64,000 nucleotides of DNA, taken from contig NMRA01000378.1 of assembly GCA_002633005.1 (NCBI GenBank), positions 162,013-226,012 of the forward strand. The letters run 5' to 3'. This document shows, piece after piece, positions 63,523-64,000 of this stretch. The first letter of the stretch is position 1. Every line of letters starts with the position of its first letter. The translations under genes and the position numbers were made by a program. The notes below the pieces were generated by a model that was not told where the DNA came from, made no database searches, and saw only the letters and a list, made by a program, of their open reading frames with translations. This stretch comes from Phoronis australis. Taxonomy: Eukaryota > Animalia > Phoronida.

Positions 63523-64000
63523 GAGGTCGTAAAAGGCGAAATATGGTCAGACCACTGCGAGTAACGTTCTTACTGTCTCGCCATTATAACCGTAAGTTTT
63601 CCGTAGGCGTTTTACCCGCCCTGGGCGTCTTGCCCCACCTTACCAATGAATCTTTACAACAATGTGGTAAGTTCCATATGTATTGTTGTTAAGATTCAGT
63701 ATACTAGTTTGCAGAAATTTTGGCGTGTTTACTTTATTTTATTTGATGAATTCATTCATGGTTTCTTAGCTAGTATGGTTATCTAAAATACCTTAATCTC
63801 ACATCACAAGCATGCGTATTTTCATACTATAGCTCCAAAAGTTTTACAGGTTAGGCGATAAGTACGTTTCTAACCCGTTTTTATCATAGTCCGCTGATGT
63901 AAACAACGTGGACAACGACAAGGTTCTTTCATTACCAGACACGCTCTGATGCCGACTCTCGGAGGCACGCGGTTTGCAAACAACTGCTTAATTCGATTTT

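Overview
Eukaryotic (metazoan, probably marine invertebrate) draft-assembly DNA, AT-rich, with spliceosomal introns, one 528-N gap and three single-N positions. Two host genes point away from each other. On the minus strand is a divergent four-EF-hand calmodulin-like gene with clear exons at 25049-24914 and 23489-23247, a probable last exon at 7561-7527 and an unresolved first exon. On the plus strand is a complete 5-exon D-aminoacyl-tRNA deacylase DTD1 (38042-44282, 186 aa). From about 47 kb onward the window is a nest of transposon relics: a Sola3-like transposase interrupted by a solo LTR carrying heat-shock elements, a BEL/Pao element (CAGGC TSD) inserted in a Gypsy gag, a second BEL fragment, a piggyBac and a LINE ORF1. 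The most notable signals are: (i) a 271-bp GT-AG intron in the BEL 5' LTR that is precisely absent from the element's other two LTR copies; (ii) about 35 TACATGTA palindromes that look like Tc1/mariner excision footprints, one of them inserted into a conserved LINE motif; (iii) a PHD finger in frame with a piggyBac transposase N-terminus; (iv) inverted repeats flanking DTD1 exons 3-4. All calls were made by eye and no database searches were run.
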